Below are positions 39,585 to 53,100 of a stretch of DNA of 64,000 bases, piece by piece. The translations under genes were made by a program, and so were the position numbers. The stretch spans positions 8,494,001 to 8,558,000 of the forward strand of contig OZ176053.1 in NCBI GenBank assembly GCA_964247055.1, in the 5' to 3' direction. Source of the stretch: Paragordius varius (lineage: Eukaryota; Animalia; Nematomorpha). A model generated the notes under the pieces. The model worked only from the letters and a program-made list of their open reading frames with translations, was not told the DNA's origin and searched no databases. Position 1 is the stretch's first letter, and each line of letters opens with the position of its first letter.

Positions 39585-39913
39585 ACGTTGAAAAAACGCA
39601 CACTTTATTTATATAATTATCAAAATTTTGGTGCTGAAGCATGGTGGAGACGGTAGATAAACGGTTTATATAAAATAAGGATGATAATTTTAATTCAACG
39701 GTTCATTTGCTTTCGAATTTGGGTGAATATTGTAAAAAAACACGTTTTTAACATAAATTGGTTGATGAATGAATATTTTAATCCAAATTAGGGGCATGGA
39801 AATGTTTAGCATCATTGAATAATAATATAGGAAAAGGGTTTTTATAATATCTTAAAGCGTTTTTAAACCGTTTCCACTATGACTTAAAAAAGTATGAAGT
39901 ACGTTCAACAAAA
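39585..39913. mobile_element. MITE family D, copy 1
   Basis: Inverted ends gaagcatggtggagacggt / accgtttccactatgactt..gtacgttcaacaaaa; body is the reverse complement of 41341-41662. Confidence 0.55.
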
Positions 39914-41340
39914 TTATGCTAAAAATTAAATTTTGAAAAAATGCCGAAACATCTAGTATGATTAGAAAACGTGAATAATTAAATTTAAAAAGCTTTAAGG
40001 CTGCCTTTTACAAGTAAAAATTGATGTAATATTGATTTTATTATCAGTTGTTTTCCGATCGTGTTTTGGATTTCCCAATTATATACTTTAGAATACACAT
40101 TTTGTAAAAAATATAAGCTTTTTGTGATCATTAACACCTAAATTAATTTTCAAAAACTATTTTCTTTACAAGATTGAGCTTGGGATAGAAAAATACACAA
40201 TATGTCATCGTAGACAAAAAAGTGAAAAGGTCATGAAGTGTTAAAAATATTTTTTGATATCAAAATTTATCGTATATATTTTTTTTATCGCGCAATCCCG
40301 GCATTTTTGGGTTTGTTTTAAAAAAATTAGCTCATTTAGATAAGGTTTGGGACTTTCGGAGCCCACGATCTAAAAGTCAAGTTTTTTGAATATATTATTT
40401 TGCATTTAATATGTATTATGAATATTTAAGCTTTTTGGAAATAAGCCTCTAGTTTTCACCAATATTTTATAAAATGGATTTTCTGATATTAATCAATTAC
40501 TAAAAAATGATAATAACTTGCTTATATCACTTGTAATGGCATTAACTAAAAGCACTATGATAATCCTGATACATTTTCTTATCAGAAATAATTACATTAT
40601 ATACCCCCGTTTGGATGCTTTGAATATAAATATTGTTTTTATAATATCATAAAGTGTTATAACCGGTTCGCATGTCTCAGAATACTATAAAATAGAATAT
40701 ATTTATTAAAAGAATCTTTTTTATGGAAAACATTTTTATGTCAAAAATAGCATATATAATAAATTAAAATCACGCAATATCATCAATTTTGCCTTTATAT
40801 TTATTTCTAAACCTATTTTAAACTAAAAAAATTAATGAATTTAGGAACTCACCTTTTTTTAATAAATATTGATTTGCTTTTTATATATTATCATTTTAAT
40901 AATAACTTTGCGATGAAGCATTTAATTCCAGAAAAATATTAGTTCGCAATGTGCTAATTTTAAATATTTTAATAGGGATCAACTTATTAACTCTCTTAAT
41001 TTACTCAATAAACTAATGTGACCAAATATTTTGAACTTTGACGCAGTACAAAATTAAAACATATTTTGCCTGTTTTTACACCATCGGTGTGGTATATTAA
41101 ACAGTTTCCACAAAAAATATCAAGATGAAATATCTATATTCTGATAGGAAAATAGGATTATTGTTGTTGTTGTTGGTTTAAATTTTTATAATCCCAAATT
41201 TTTTGGCATTTTTAAAATGGACTGTTCTCAAATTAATTCAAAAATTCCGACCTTGTGCAATAATTTTAAATATATGCTAAATTTTGACATCGACTAAATA
41301 TATTTTTAAAAAAATGCATCTTTTAATTAATGTATAGCAA

Positions 41341-41662
41341 TATTTTGTTGAAGCGTACTTCATACTATTTTGATGAAGGAAACGATATAAATGGTTGAGA
41401 TTATACCATTTGTATATAAAAATGCGATAATGCTAAACAATTTTTTCATTGAGAATTTTGATTAAAATATTCGTGCGTTTTCAAATATATGTTAAATAAA
41501 AATTGTGTCTTTTACAAAAATTCACCAATTGCAAGCAAACATACCTTAAAAATGAAATTCTGAATGTTCAACATCACCGAATTATTTAGAAAATTATATC
41601 TTAAAGCGTTATACCGTTTCCATCATGCTTCAAAATCGTTAAAAGTACGTTTCAACAAAATA
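41341..41662. mobile_element. MITE family D, copy 2 (inverted relative to copy 1)
   Basis: tattttgttgaagcgtact ... aagtacgtttcaacaaaata; partial family hits also at ~37828 and ~39085. Confidence 0.6.
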
Positions 41663-42737
41663 TCTCAAATTTGATTATGCAAATGAAAACTAAAAATAAT
41701 TAATGTTTTGGAAAAAAATTAAGTAATATCATACCCCTCACCAAATGATTATAAAAAATGTAAAAACTTTTACTAATACGAAAAAAGGTTATTTCGAAAT
41801 CATATGCCATATATAATAAATTTTAAAAATTAGTTACCGGATTAACAATTTTTATATAATTTTCCGGATAATAATTATAACAAAAAATAAACTTTCTAAA
41901 CTGATCAAAATTTATTAAAATATCATAAATTAATTATTTTAATTTTAAATTTTGAGGCACCTCTTTTTGTGGAAGCCCTGAGTGAAAGAGCCATTAGCCT
42001 GAATCTTACCCTGGAGTCCAAGATTTATAGTTTCGCCACTGCGCGAAAGGCTGAATCATAAGCGGTTAGACCGAATCAAAATCCTATTTTATGTATAATT
42101 CAAGCACAAAATATATTAACCAATTAAAAATAGGCCAATCTTAGTTTTTTACCCTTAAATGAACCATTTCTTTATAAAATATTAAATTATAAAATAATTT
42201 TTTTGATAAAGACAATTAATATATATTTATTTAAAATTAATTTTTTGCTTAATTTTAAAAGAGTAAAAAAATGGGCGCAGTACAGTCGCAGTTTTTTTCA
42301 TAAAATCCAGTACTGTACTGCAAAAAACAGCTTATCTGATCACATTACAATAAACCCACCGTACATCATACTTATTAATTTATTTATCATAAAATATCAT
42401 TCATTTTGTCTGCAATATGCATAGGCGGTAATATGGCCATTTTTTATATAGGCTAGGCAGCACAACAATATACGAATCTTAAATAAAATATTTTTCATCA
42501 AAATATAAATATTTTTTTTATATTTATTCCTATCCCCTGATTTTGTGCACTGATTACATAGATTTTCTCCCAAAAATATTAATCTTCTTTTAGCCAAAAT
42601 AGATTGTCAATTTCATAGCAAACTATATGGCAGCTAAAAAATGATTTATATTTTTTGTTCAGCATTACTAAAGTAAAACATATTTTTACTTAAGTTATAA
42701 TTTTTATAAAATTGAAGTCAGATGCTTAACCAAATGT

Positions 42738-43954
42738 ATGAATAAGATGAATTTTATTTGGCTTGTTTTGCCGATCATTGGGATCTTTAGGTTTATATCG
42801 AATCAATGCATCGATATTTCCTCCGATATATCAAAAGTACTATTTTTATTTATGTAGGTGTCATTAAAAATATATGATGTTAAATGGATTCCATTAAACC
42901 AAAGTAATCAGTATATATTTTGCGTAAATATTGATGCTGATACTACCCTGCGGTTTAAATTGGATATGACTTTATTCATTCTTGATGCCACAATGCCCAA
43001 TATTATCTCTTTAAAATATATGAACGAATTTACCAACATAGTGAACTCATCGTTGTCAGTAAAAAAGCATTCTCAATTGCTTTTAGACGATAATTTAGTA
43101 ATCTCATACACCTTTCACCCTGAAGTCCTGGATTCAATACATTTTATTGATGAAATCAATCGAATTGTTTGTGATATTATATTTTTTTACATAAAAAATA
43201 TTTTAAATTACTCAGAATCAATGTCACTCATTGATACTGATACCAACCAAATCGCATCTTTGATTGAAGATAATAATGGATTTTATAGCAACTCTCTCAA
43301 CGAAAATTTTTTACCGCTACGTAATCTAACCACTCGACAACAACCATTGATAAACTTTTCGCTTCAACATGATCCGATCCATTACCAGATTGATAGACGC
43401 ACACAAGTTTTAAGACCTGTGTACGATCCTTCACAAGCTACATTGGATGAAAAAATCACCAACAATTACAATGCAATAAATCCGTCAAAAATTAAGGAAT
43501 TAAGCAGTAATTTTGCCATAAATTTAACTGATGGTATCATGCCTCCTTCTTTACGGAAACCCATAGATCAAATTGATGTGAAAGTTGATAAAGTCTTTAG
43601 ATACCATATACCAGAGGACATTTTTTATGATTATACGGACGGGTATACACCTAACCTACGTTTAGCTCTTTTCACCATAGATAAACAGCCAATTGAGAGT
43701 AGCTATAGGTTTATATATATATATATATATATATATTAAATATTAGCGTATGACTTACCATTGTTTATCTAACTTTTTTATTTCTGCCATAAATGTATGT
43801 GACTAATAATTTGATTATATTGGCTCTATTTTTAAAATCAATAATTTTTTTAACATAATTTTTTTTGATTAAATTTTATATTAAATTTAAATGTAAAAGT
43901 ATTAAATTGTCAATTTGACTCTGACTTTTAACCATATTCTTTCTTTATTAATGA

Positions 43955-43995
<41 letters not shown>

Positions 43996-45675
43996 AGATA
44001 CAATTGGTTACGTTATGATCCCCTTACTCAAAGTTTGTATGGTATACCTCGAAAGAGTGATGTTGGTTTACATGAATTAATATTGGCGGCATATAATAAG
44101 TATGGGAAGGCTGTGTACAATGCATTTACCATTTTGGTCATGAGTCGACCCAAAAATTTTAGATCCCTTAGCGATAAAGGAATAAATCATCGGTTTTGGA
44201 CCGATATTGAATTTAAAAGCGCCAGCAATGAACCTAAAATAGCTAATTTAACTGCGCGACACTCTGATCGCGAAGGAAAGTTTGTCAATAGTATGCCAAA
44301 ACAAGTTGCATTTTTTGAACGTCTTCACAAATATTTCCAGGATCCGGACAGCAGAGCGGTCCAAATGAAAAATTTTACTGGCAGACAACAACCAACCCCA
44401 ACTATTTTGGATGGAATACTCGTGGATGCTATTGAAATGGGTCATTCTGTACGGATCAGTTGGGTGAATGATACACTTTTGAGTCCAAATCATTTACCAC
44501 TCGAAACGTATGCCAAATACTTTGAGGATAATAATAATTTTGTCAATGAATCATCCTCGACAATGGTGGACCCTGATGATACTACCAATAAAAATCTCTT
44601 GAACGTTTGTCCTCGCGAAGAAATTGATCAATTAGCCATTAAACTACTACATGATGACCAAAATTTGCCGAATAAACGATTTAGCAAAGCCCTATCTACC
44701 AATGAGTATCGTGTCAAAGGTGCCGGATATGATTTATATCATGCTTGTGCGACTGGAGAAGACAAAGGTACCTACCTGCCAGGAAAAAAGAAAAAATTGT
44801 GGACCCGACCTGTGTTGAGCCCAAAGTATGGGAAAAATCTATGGCTCACAACTATACTCCCGGCCATTGTTATGGCCATGCTTTTATTGTTGGCTGGGAT
44901 CATAGCTTGTTGCTTATACCGGTAATTAAATTAATGATATTTTTTTGGTGTTTAAAAATTATCTCCTACGCATCTGTTCTCTTTCTTGAAAACATTTTTT
45001 TTCATAGACTTTATAGGTCAAATTTATTTGTTAAGTAGCTAATTTTGTGTTATAGATACAATACTTGGGCTAGTAAGACATTATTTTTAGTGAAATATGG
45101 ATAGATTTTATGTTTTTTATTTCCATTTCCTATATTTTTGTCCTATCTCTTCTCTTTTATTAAATTGTGTGTTAGGCATTTAAATCATTGTTGATTTCAT
45201 AAAATGTGAGTTTTAAACGGTTAAAATTCTGATGCCATATTAAAAATATTTTTTTCTCCTTGTGATATGATCAAACATTATCACGAATCTCATATATTAT
45301 AAATATATATATATATATATATATATTAGACGAACTCATAAACCCCGATTCACAAGCTATGAAGATAAGGCATTATTTCGAAAAGGAGTACCCGTGGTCA
45401 TATACCCCCAAGAATTTGAACAAAACTTTTTACCTTCTACACCGCTAAACAGTGTTAATAAATCGCTTCTTGGTAATCAATCTCCCGAAATTATATATCA
45501 GGATGGTAGTTTTAATAAGAATTCTCCACCACCTCCCCCCTTTCATTCTACCATAACATCTCCACTCCTAATAGATGAAAGTAATGTATTAACAGGGACA
45601 CAACATCGACAAAATATGGCAAACTCCAACAATGGACGAAATAACATTGTTTCAATATCTCACAGCGGTAGATAG
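42738..45675 (+). CDS. DAG1: Dystroglycan (divergent)
   Basis: Signal-peptide exon 42738-42836 (MNKMNFIWLVLPIIGIF), 21-nt intron, then exons 42858-43708, 43998-44921 and 45330-45675. Cadherin-like domain PPSLRKPIDQIDVKVDKVFRYHIPEDIFYD..NWLRYDPLTQSLYGIP; SEA-like MGHSVRISWVNDTL; CPREEIDQL..FSKAL; TM TILPAIVMAMLLLLAGIIACCLY; cytoplasmic RRTHKPRFTSYEDKALFRKGVPVV (cf. DQATFIKKGVPII). Confidence 0.9.
43958..43991. repeat. (AT)n microsatellite at an intron 3' end
   Basis: Directly precedes the gttag acceptor at 43997; similar tracts at 43711-43735, 45303-45326, 32426-32461, 63613-63651 and 3064-3082. Confidence 0.9.
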
Positions 45676-47168
45676 AAACCACGAAACCTCGTTTGATTTT
45701 CTGATATTTAGGCAAAATATTGAAAAAATTTAGTGCATAGCGCTTTGAATTACTTTGTACTTGGTAAAATGTTGAACGGATTAACAAACGCTACCATATT
45801 TAATCCACACACACACCAGTATTTTTTATATCCATATGCATCTTGTTCTTTTTACCGCTACAAATTATTCTGGAATACTGTGCGTTATCATGTTTTTAAA
45901 ACATGCAGCTTAGCATTTTTATGTATGTTCTAATTGCCCTGCTTGAAACCACAATACTTTTTTAATGAAAAAAAAATCTCTATAAAAATTCCTTTGTACT
46001 AATTATCCCCGTGTATCTAATTATTTTTTAACTGATTTTGGTACACTGTTTTTTTAAATTTTTTTTATCCATACGTTCATAATTATACATAAAGTACAAT
46101 GACTTAAATACTCATTTTGTATTGAATATTACTTACGCTTCAGAATAGATGCGATTTGATCAAACTTTCATTTATAGTTTTAATAATGATTATTATTTAA
46201 TCTAAATCTGTAAAAATTGAAATTTTAAATATATTATCCTTTTGTTTTTTGATATTTTTTTTACTTTTTTCAAGTTTGGTCTAATCACGCCCTTTATAAG
46301 ATACATGAAAGTTATAAGATGTTTTTATCTAAATTATTTTATAATTTTTAATCTAAGTGATTAGTGTGCCATTTAAAACCATCATTCTTAATCATATATT
46401 TAAATAAAAACCTTATCAATGCGATAAAAAATTATTTGAATTTTATGTTTTTTTCCCGCAGAAATAAAAAAATATTTTAACTTTCTTTTGTATATTATTT
46501 TGATAAGTATGTATTTATATTTAAGGCGTATTTTGCAACAATATTTATAGAATGTATATTATTTATACATATTGTATTATAAATTAATTTCTCTGTATCT
46601 AATTATTATATATGTATGGGCTTTAGAGATTCTATTGTTAAAAAATATGTATCTTTTAACATATTATATACATTAAATTTCTTATTTTTTTCATTCAAAG
46701 ATGCAATCAATAAATTTCTTTGATTTAATATTTTCTAAACTAATCATCAACAATGCACATATATAACCTTATAAGTTTTATCGATTTTTCAGACACTTGC
46801 GATCAGTAATTCGATTTAGTAAAAGAGTTAATTGGAATGATTGTATGTCAGTTTATTTATTTATTTACACCAAAAATAATGATGTGTGTTATCATAATAA
46901 TTCATCTATAATTTAGAAAAAGGTGATGTGCTCGCCTAATTGATATATCATATATATACTTATGAGTGTATGACTATATATTCAATAAAAATTTCAAGGC
47001 TATAATTTTTGCAATGAGGTTGAATTTATCCATATCTGATTTCATTAGGTAAGGAGAAAGAGGAATGGAGATCGCATAGTTTAATTAATTGATTAGTTAT
47101 TTATCAATATCAAAGTTATACAGTGAAATCTTTCACCCTTTTCCTAGTTTTAAATTTTGAGATATATA

Positions 47169-50100
47169 TTATAAAGCTAAAACGGAGAAACATAATGGAA
47201 GTTTTGGCACTATGACATTAATTGTGTTTGACCATTGTCCGTTTTCTCGGCATTCAGCATAACGAGAACCGGTGTGTTCACTCATTTGATAATCTTGACT
47301 GTTACAATGATATACGATTTGAGTTCCTACTGCATAACTATTCTTATGTGTAGGTAATGATGTTGTCGCAGATGACATTTGAGGATTAATAATATCCTTA
47401 AAATTTATGTTTTGTGATTTAATTAATCCGCTTTCCCCGATAATTTTATGATATCCATTTGGAAGCAATGGTGGACTTGGGCAGGTTATAGCTATAAAAT
47501 AATTTAAAAATATATTATTAACTTTGGATATGTCTTACACAATGAAAGCATGAATTAGAAAACATTAATAAGAATTGAACAGCTATAAACTCGATTATAC
47601 ATTGAAAAGAAATACCCTTATATATGAGGGTTTTATGGCGTTGGTTTTAAGGCTTACAGATTACTCACAAGAATATTTTCATTTTTATGGTATTCGTTCC
47701 ATATAAAAAATCGCATATTTACCGCATAAAATCTCAACCAATTTATGTATTATATATTTTAACAAACTTATGTGTTTTTAATTATATGCTACAAATGTCT
47801 AACGTTTAAACCTGTTTAAATGCGCGAATGCCTTTAGTTAACTAAAAAAACCTAGATTGCTACAATATTAATTATTTGTGAGATTTATGCATCCAAAAAT
47901 TTTGAAAAATCAAATACTTCAATTTTATAACCGAATTTCAGCAAAAACATTTTTGCTTTTTTAAGGGGCGACAATGCCTGGAAGATATAAAAAATATTTA
48001 ATTTATTCAAATTTTCGTGATAGAAGCTAAGCATTTCGATCGTCTCAGATATTTAATTAAATTTGAAACGTTGTTCCCAGAATATAGGTACAACCTATTA
48101 AACCGATGTGGTATTCTTAAACAACACAAAAATACCCAATATTTGTTGAATATCGTGAAATTATTATAATAGTATATCTTGTTCATTGTACTCATGGATA
48201 AAATTCAAGTAATTAAAAATTACGTTGGCATTCAGGTGGACTTTTAGTCCACTTTCCATTCGTTTGACACATAATATGAGTTGGACCCTTCAGTAATGAT
48301 CCTGTCTCACACGAAAACGTAATATAGCTATTGATTGAATAATTTGTGTCTACGGCATAATCATTAATAATGAGATTTACGGTTTGTTGATATTGGGGTG
48401 GTGGACATCTAATGCCTAAAATGTGTATAATCGATTTATATAAACATTGGATATTCAATTTAGTAAATAGGGTTAGTTCTGACTTGTTATGTATACATTT
48501 ATGAAACTGCAACTTCTTTACAAAATATATTTTTTTAACTTATATTATCACGTAATATAACATAAAATTTTGGTACAAGTAATGAAAATTATGAAAATCT
48601 GAGATATTCAATTTTTATAAAATATTAAAAAAAAATTTAACCATTTAAAAGTATTAAATTTGATGATTGACCTTGTAAGATTAACTTTTTAGTTTCTAAC
48701 CGGTTCTCAACAATCTTTACTAATAAATATTTCTACCTAGTCAAGTTCTAGAGAACAATTTTTCAGTTAAATATATACTTTGACATGTTGGCATTACATC
48801 CGACCATTTGCCTGATTTTTGACATGTCAATTTATCAGTAGGATAAGGTTGATAATTTGCATCTTTACATTCTAACATTATTTCAGTTTTTTCAGATCTG
48901 GGAATCGTAGTACTCTCGATCGAATTTAAAACTTTTTTACCATTAATTGTTTTAATGATCATATAATCGGGTATTACAAGTTGAGTGCATTGAAGTTCTA
49001 TAAGTTTAAAATAAAATGTAATATTGTAAAGTCCTATCTAAAATATCAGATAAAGTATTAAATGGTGATTTCAAATTTTAATAGTTTAAAAAAAAATTTA
49101 TTTAGGTCTCCATATTTACGGTTTAGTTAGATTTAATGGTTATTTAAAAATAACTTTATTTATGAAAATTATTAGTTTACAGATTGCATGATTTAAAATT
49201 ATGTATTTAACTAGTTGAAATTACATCCCCCAATATTAAAAACGACTGCCTAATGTAAATGGCAATGTATCGAATTTCAATTCAATCGAAATATTACATC
49301 TGTAATTTGATCAATTTTTTCCATTAACAATGTTGAATTGGATAACAAATTGCCATATATTCTGTCACCTTTTAATAATTGTAAAAATTAACTAATATAT
49401 ATATAAAAATATATTTATATATATACACTCCAATATTACTGAAAAAAATCTTTATTACCAGAAATAAGTATGTTAATTGAGTGCGAATGACCATAAGGTG
49501 TGGAACAGGTATAACGACCGTTATCAATTAGGTGATTAGTTCCATTTATTAACAACGTGTAAAGTAATTGTCTTGGCTCCTGACTATTCAGGGAAAAGGG
49601 CATTAGTTTATCCAATCCGTCGAATTCTCTCCAATAGACGGGATAATTATTTCTATTTATCGGGAATAAATTTGTAATTATTAACAAAAATCAGAAATGT
49701 GGTAATAATTCATATTTTAAATTTAATATATTAACTTTGAATGGTTCCACGTCCAAACTGGGGATCCGTACAACCGAGGGAAATGGCAAAAAAGTAGTAA
49801 CGTTTGATGAGCGTTGATTATATAAGTCCCAAATTTATCAATTTGAGCTGGTTTCGGAGAAGTATAAATGCTTATTGCCGGAGTCGCAGGGATATCTAAT
49901 TACAATAAAACCTAATATCATATAAATAATACTAAATAAAATATTCCTAACCCTTTTCGATTTTTCATTTTTTGGTTGCGCATGAAAAAAAATAGTAAAA
50001 CGTGTATGAGTAACAGAGAAAAATTAAATATATTTTTTCTTACACGAATTATCGGCACTTTGGCGCAAGTCCTTACATGAAACATTGATGGAAATTTTTG

Positions 50101-53100
50101 AATCAATGATATTTCCATGCTTTTGAAAGGAAATTGGCAGTACAGGGATCCAAAATCCATCCCAACATTTCAATTGATTTGTAACTTCATTCATAATTAA
50201 TTTAAAGTGTCCAGGGTCCAGACATCTTATATATATTCGACTATTGTGTGGTAGTAAATGGGTCGAATTGTTACTAATGGGATAATTATCATTATTTTTA
50301 TAAATTAATAGTGTGTAGGGGAATTCTGAGGTTGAACAGTTTCTTGGTTCTATATATTGTCAAAATATTCAGTTACATGCCACAGATATAACCTGTTCAT
50401 CCTTTTTCCTTAAAAAACTGTCAAAAAATTACAAAACGCAAAAACTAAAAAACAAATTATATTATTTAACACAGCCATAACTTTTAATCATTGATTATTT
50501 GTAAGATACCTCATCGTTTTGACGATATGGAAATCGATAACACACCCAATTTATTCGTTTTAATATAATATAGAAAAAAAATCAAGGTTTAAAAAAGTAT
50601 AGCTGTCCTTTTTGAAAATATATTTGTTTTTTACGTTTTGTGGCTAATATTTTTACAGTAAAAGTTATTCTTACCGCATCGCTGGTTATTTTTGGATGCC
50701 TCCCATATACCAGATTTGCAGTAAAAGGTCCAATTCGTTTGTGACAATCCGAAGGCACATTTAACTCCTAAGCGAGATTTTTTAGGCACAGATTGTAGGT
50801 CTTTAATGTGATATACTTCCTTATTGTTGGCCAAATGTAATGACAAAATTTTTATGGATTTGTAATTTGGTATTTCATCAATATTGCAATACCCTAACGA
50901 ATTGTTACATAAACCAATTAGACACCCTTTGATTGGATAATAATTATTAGTTGCGCTTTATAAAATTATGACCTTTAAAAATGAAATCGCCAGCTCAATT
51001 GCTATTTTTGGCTTTAAATTACAGTATGAGTTTAAAATTTAAATTCACTAAACAATTAGAACTCACCCTCGAACAATTCAAATTCACCTCAAAAATAAAT
51101 TATCTGTTTTCGGGATAATATAACTCTTTAATATAAAATATATCTTATGGCTTAGTTTCTTATTTTTTCAGTAATTTTAAAAAAATTTTATTTTTTAAAA
51201 TATAAAAAAATATAGGTAGTTTTTAATCTTAAAAACACATAATTTATTTTAGGGTGAATTTGATCGAGGGTGAATTTGAAGTGTGAATGGTATATATTGC
51301 TATTTTTTTATTGAACAAATTGCTAGATAACATTAGCAATAGGATCGTGGGTTACGATTCTAGTAGTTATTAAACCAAATCTACCATTTGGCTGACTATA
51401 ATAAAGTGGAATGACAGGCATTTAATGCATGGTGTAATATAAACCAAAAGCAAGAAAAAGTAATAAAAACATTTTTATAATACACACCAACTTTAGCCAA
51501 TAACATTGAGTATAAAATAATCATTTTTTTCCCACCTTTTCCTCTTTCACAAACGGGTAGATGTTTTGGTATCCATTCACCATTCTCGCTACAAACAGTA
51601 ATAGAAGGTCCAATAAGATTGTAATTTGCTTTACAGGCAAATTTTAACTGTGAATCTTGTGGAACGCGTGAAGGCATGGATTCGCTTTGGTTTAAAACCT
51701 TTTTTGACAGTGTGGTTGAATTCATAAGTAGATATGGGTTTGTAGATTTGGGTATTGCGCATGTAACTGTTAATACGGATTAAGTATTATACAATTATAT
51801 AAATATAACTAATTCTTGAATTTATTTTGAATACATAATGGTTCATTATGCTAACTATCAATTTAATAAAAAATAAAATGTCTAAAAAAAATTTCTTTCC
51901 TCTCCTTTTTCCATGAAACTCTTTTGGTATATTTTATTTTTAAACGAAGAAATGATTATAAAATTGTCGATACTTAAAATACCCTAAAAATGGATCTTTG
52001 AAGTTGCTTAAAAAAATTTTCCATTTCAATTAGGCTTAGCCCACCTATAAAAAATTCAATTATTATTATTTAAAATTCGTTAGTTACTCAATTGACATTT
52101 GGGTGGTTCAGAATTCCATTTTGCCCCGTAACATGTAACGAAGGCATTTCCAACAAGTCTATGTCCGCTTGGACAAGAAAACTCCAAGACAGTCCCATGC
52201 GGAAATTCTTGTTGATCGTCCCGTAGAAATCGAAGCGTTGTTGAAAAGTTTTTAACAGAACAGCTACCTATGAAAGCAAAGGGTACTTAGTAATACTTAA
52301 ATGAAACTGAAATCGCAATTTGTATAATGTGTAATAAATTATAGAGTATAAATATGCACCAATTAAAATAGTGGATGTTAGTATAATATAAGTTAGCCAC
52401 ATTACTACAGATCTAAAATCGAAAAATGCATTACTCAAATCAAATAAATAAATGGACAAATTTTCATATATTAAAGCCATTATCAATTTTTAAAATTTGC
52501 ACAAACTTTAAGAACTTGGGTTGCACTATTTTTATCGCGAGTCTTAAATTATATAATAGTTTTGCTTTCCAATTTAAAATGTTTTTTGATTACTACGAAA
52601 ATCACCCATAAGATATTTATTTTTATTTATTTATCCAGAATAATGGTTAACTTTTAGCTTAGCCCTATAAGTCTCCGATTTTGAAAAAATTCACCTCTAG
52701 AATTTAAGCTATTAATGGTAAACATTAAATTATACGTTATAAGTAAAATTTTAAGGCTTTTATTTATGTTTCGCTTTTACCCTAATTAAGACAAAGTATA
52801 CATCTGTGAAGGGTAGTTTATACTTTATTTTTTTAAATTTATGTGTTATTTTCACTTAACCACTTCTCTACCATATGCTATAATATAACCAAATATATTT
52901 GTCATTATTCAAAAACGCCTTAACATTCAATTTTTTTAATATTAATTTAATATAAAAATGTAACCATATTTGCAAAGAGCCGACGTCAAGGTAGGTTTCC
53001 ATTGTGAAAGCACGCATGAATAATTCGAAGTGTTACTAGCTACGTAATATCCAGGGTTGCATTTAAGGCTTATAGTTTCACCATGTTTAACTGAAACTGA

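Noticed and set aside
49200-49372. Extra exon between the Ig and next CCP exon
   Set aside because: All frames hit stops and there is no CCP cysteine pattern; the flanking exons join in phase without it
51335-51368. tRNA-derived SINE-like gatcgtgggttacgattc
   Set aside because: Too short and degenerate; no second copy in the window
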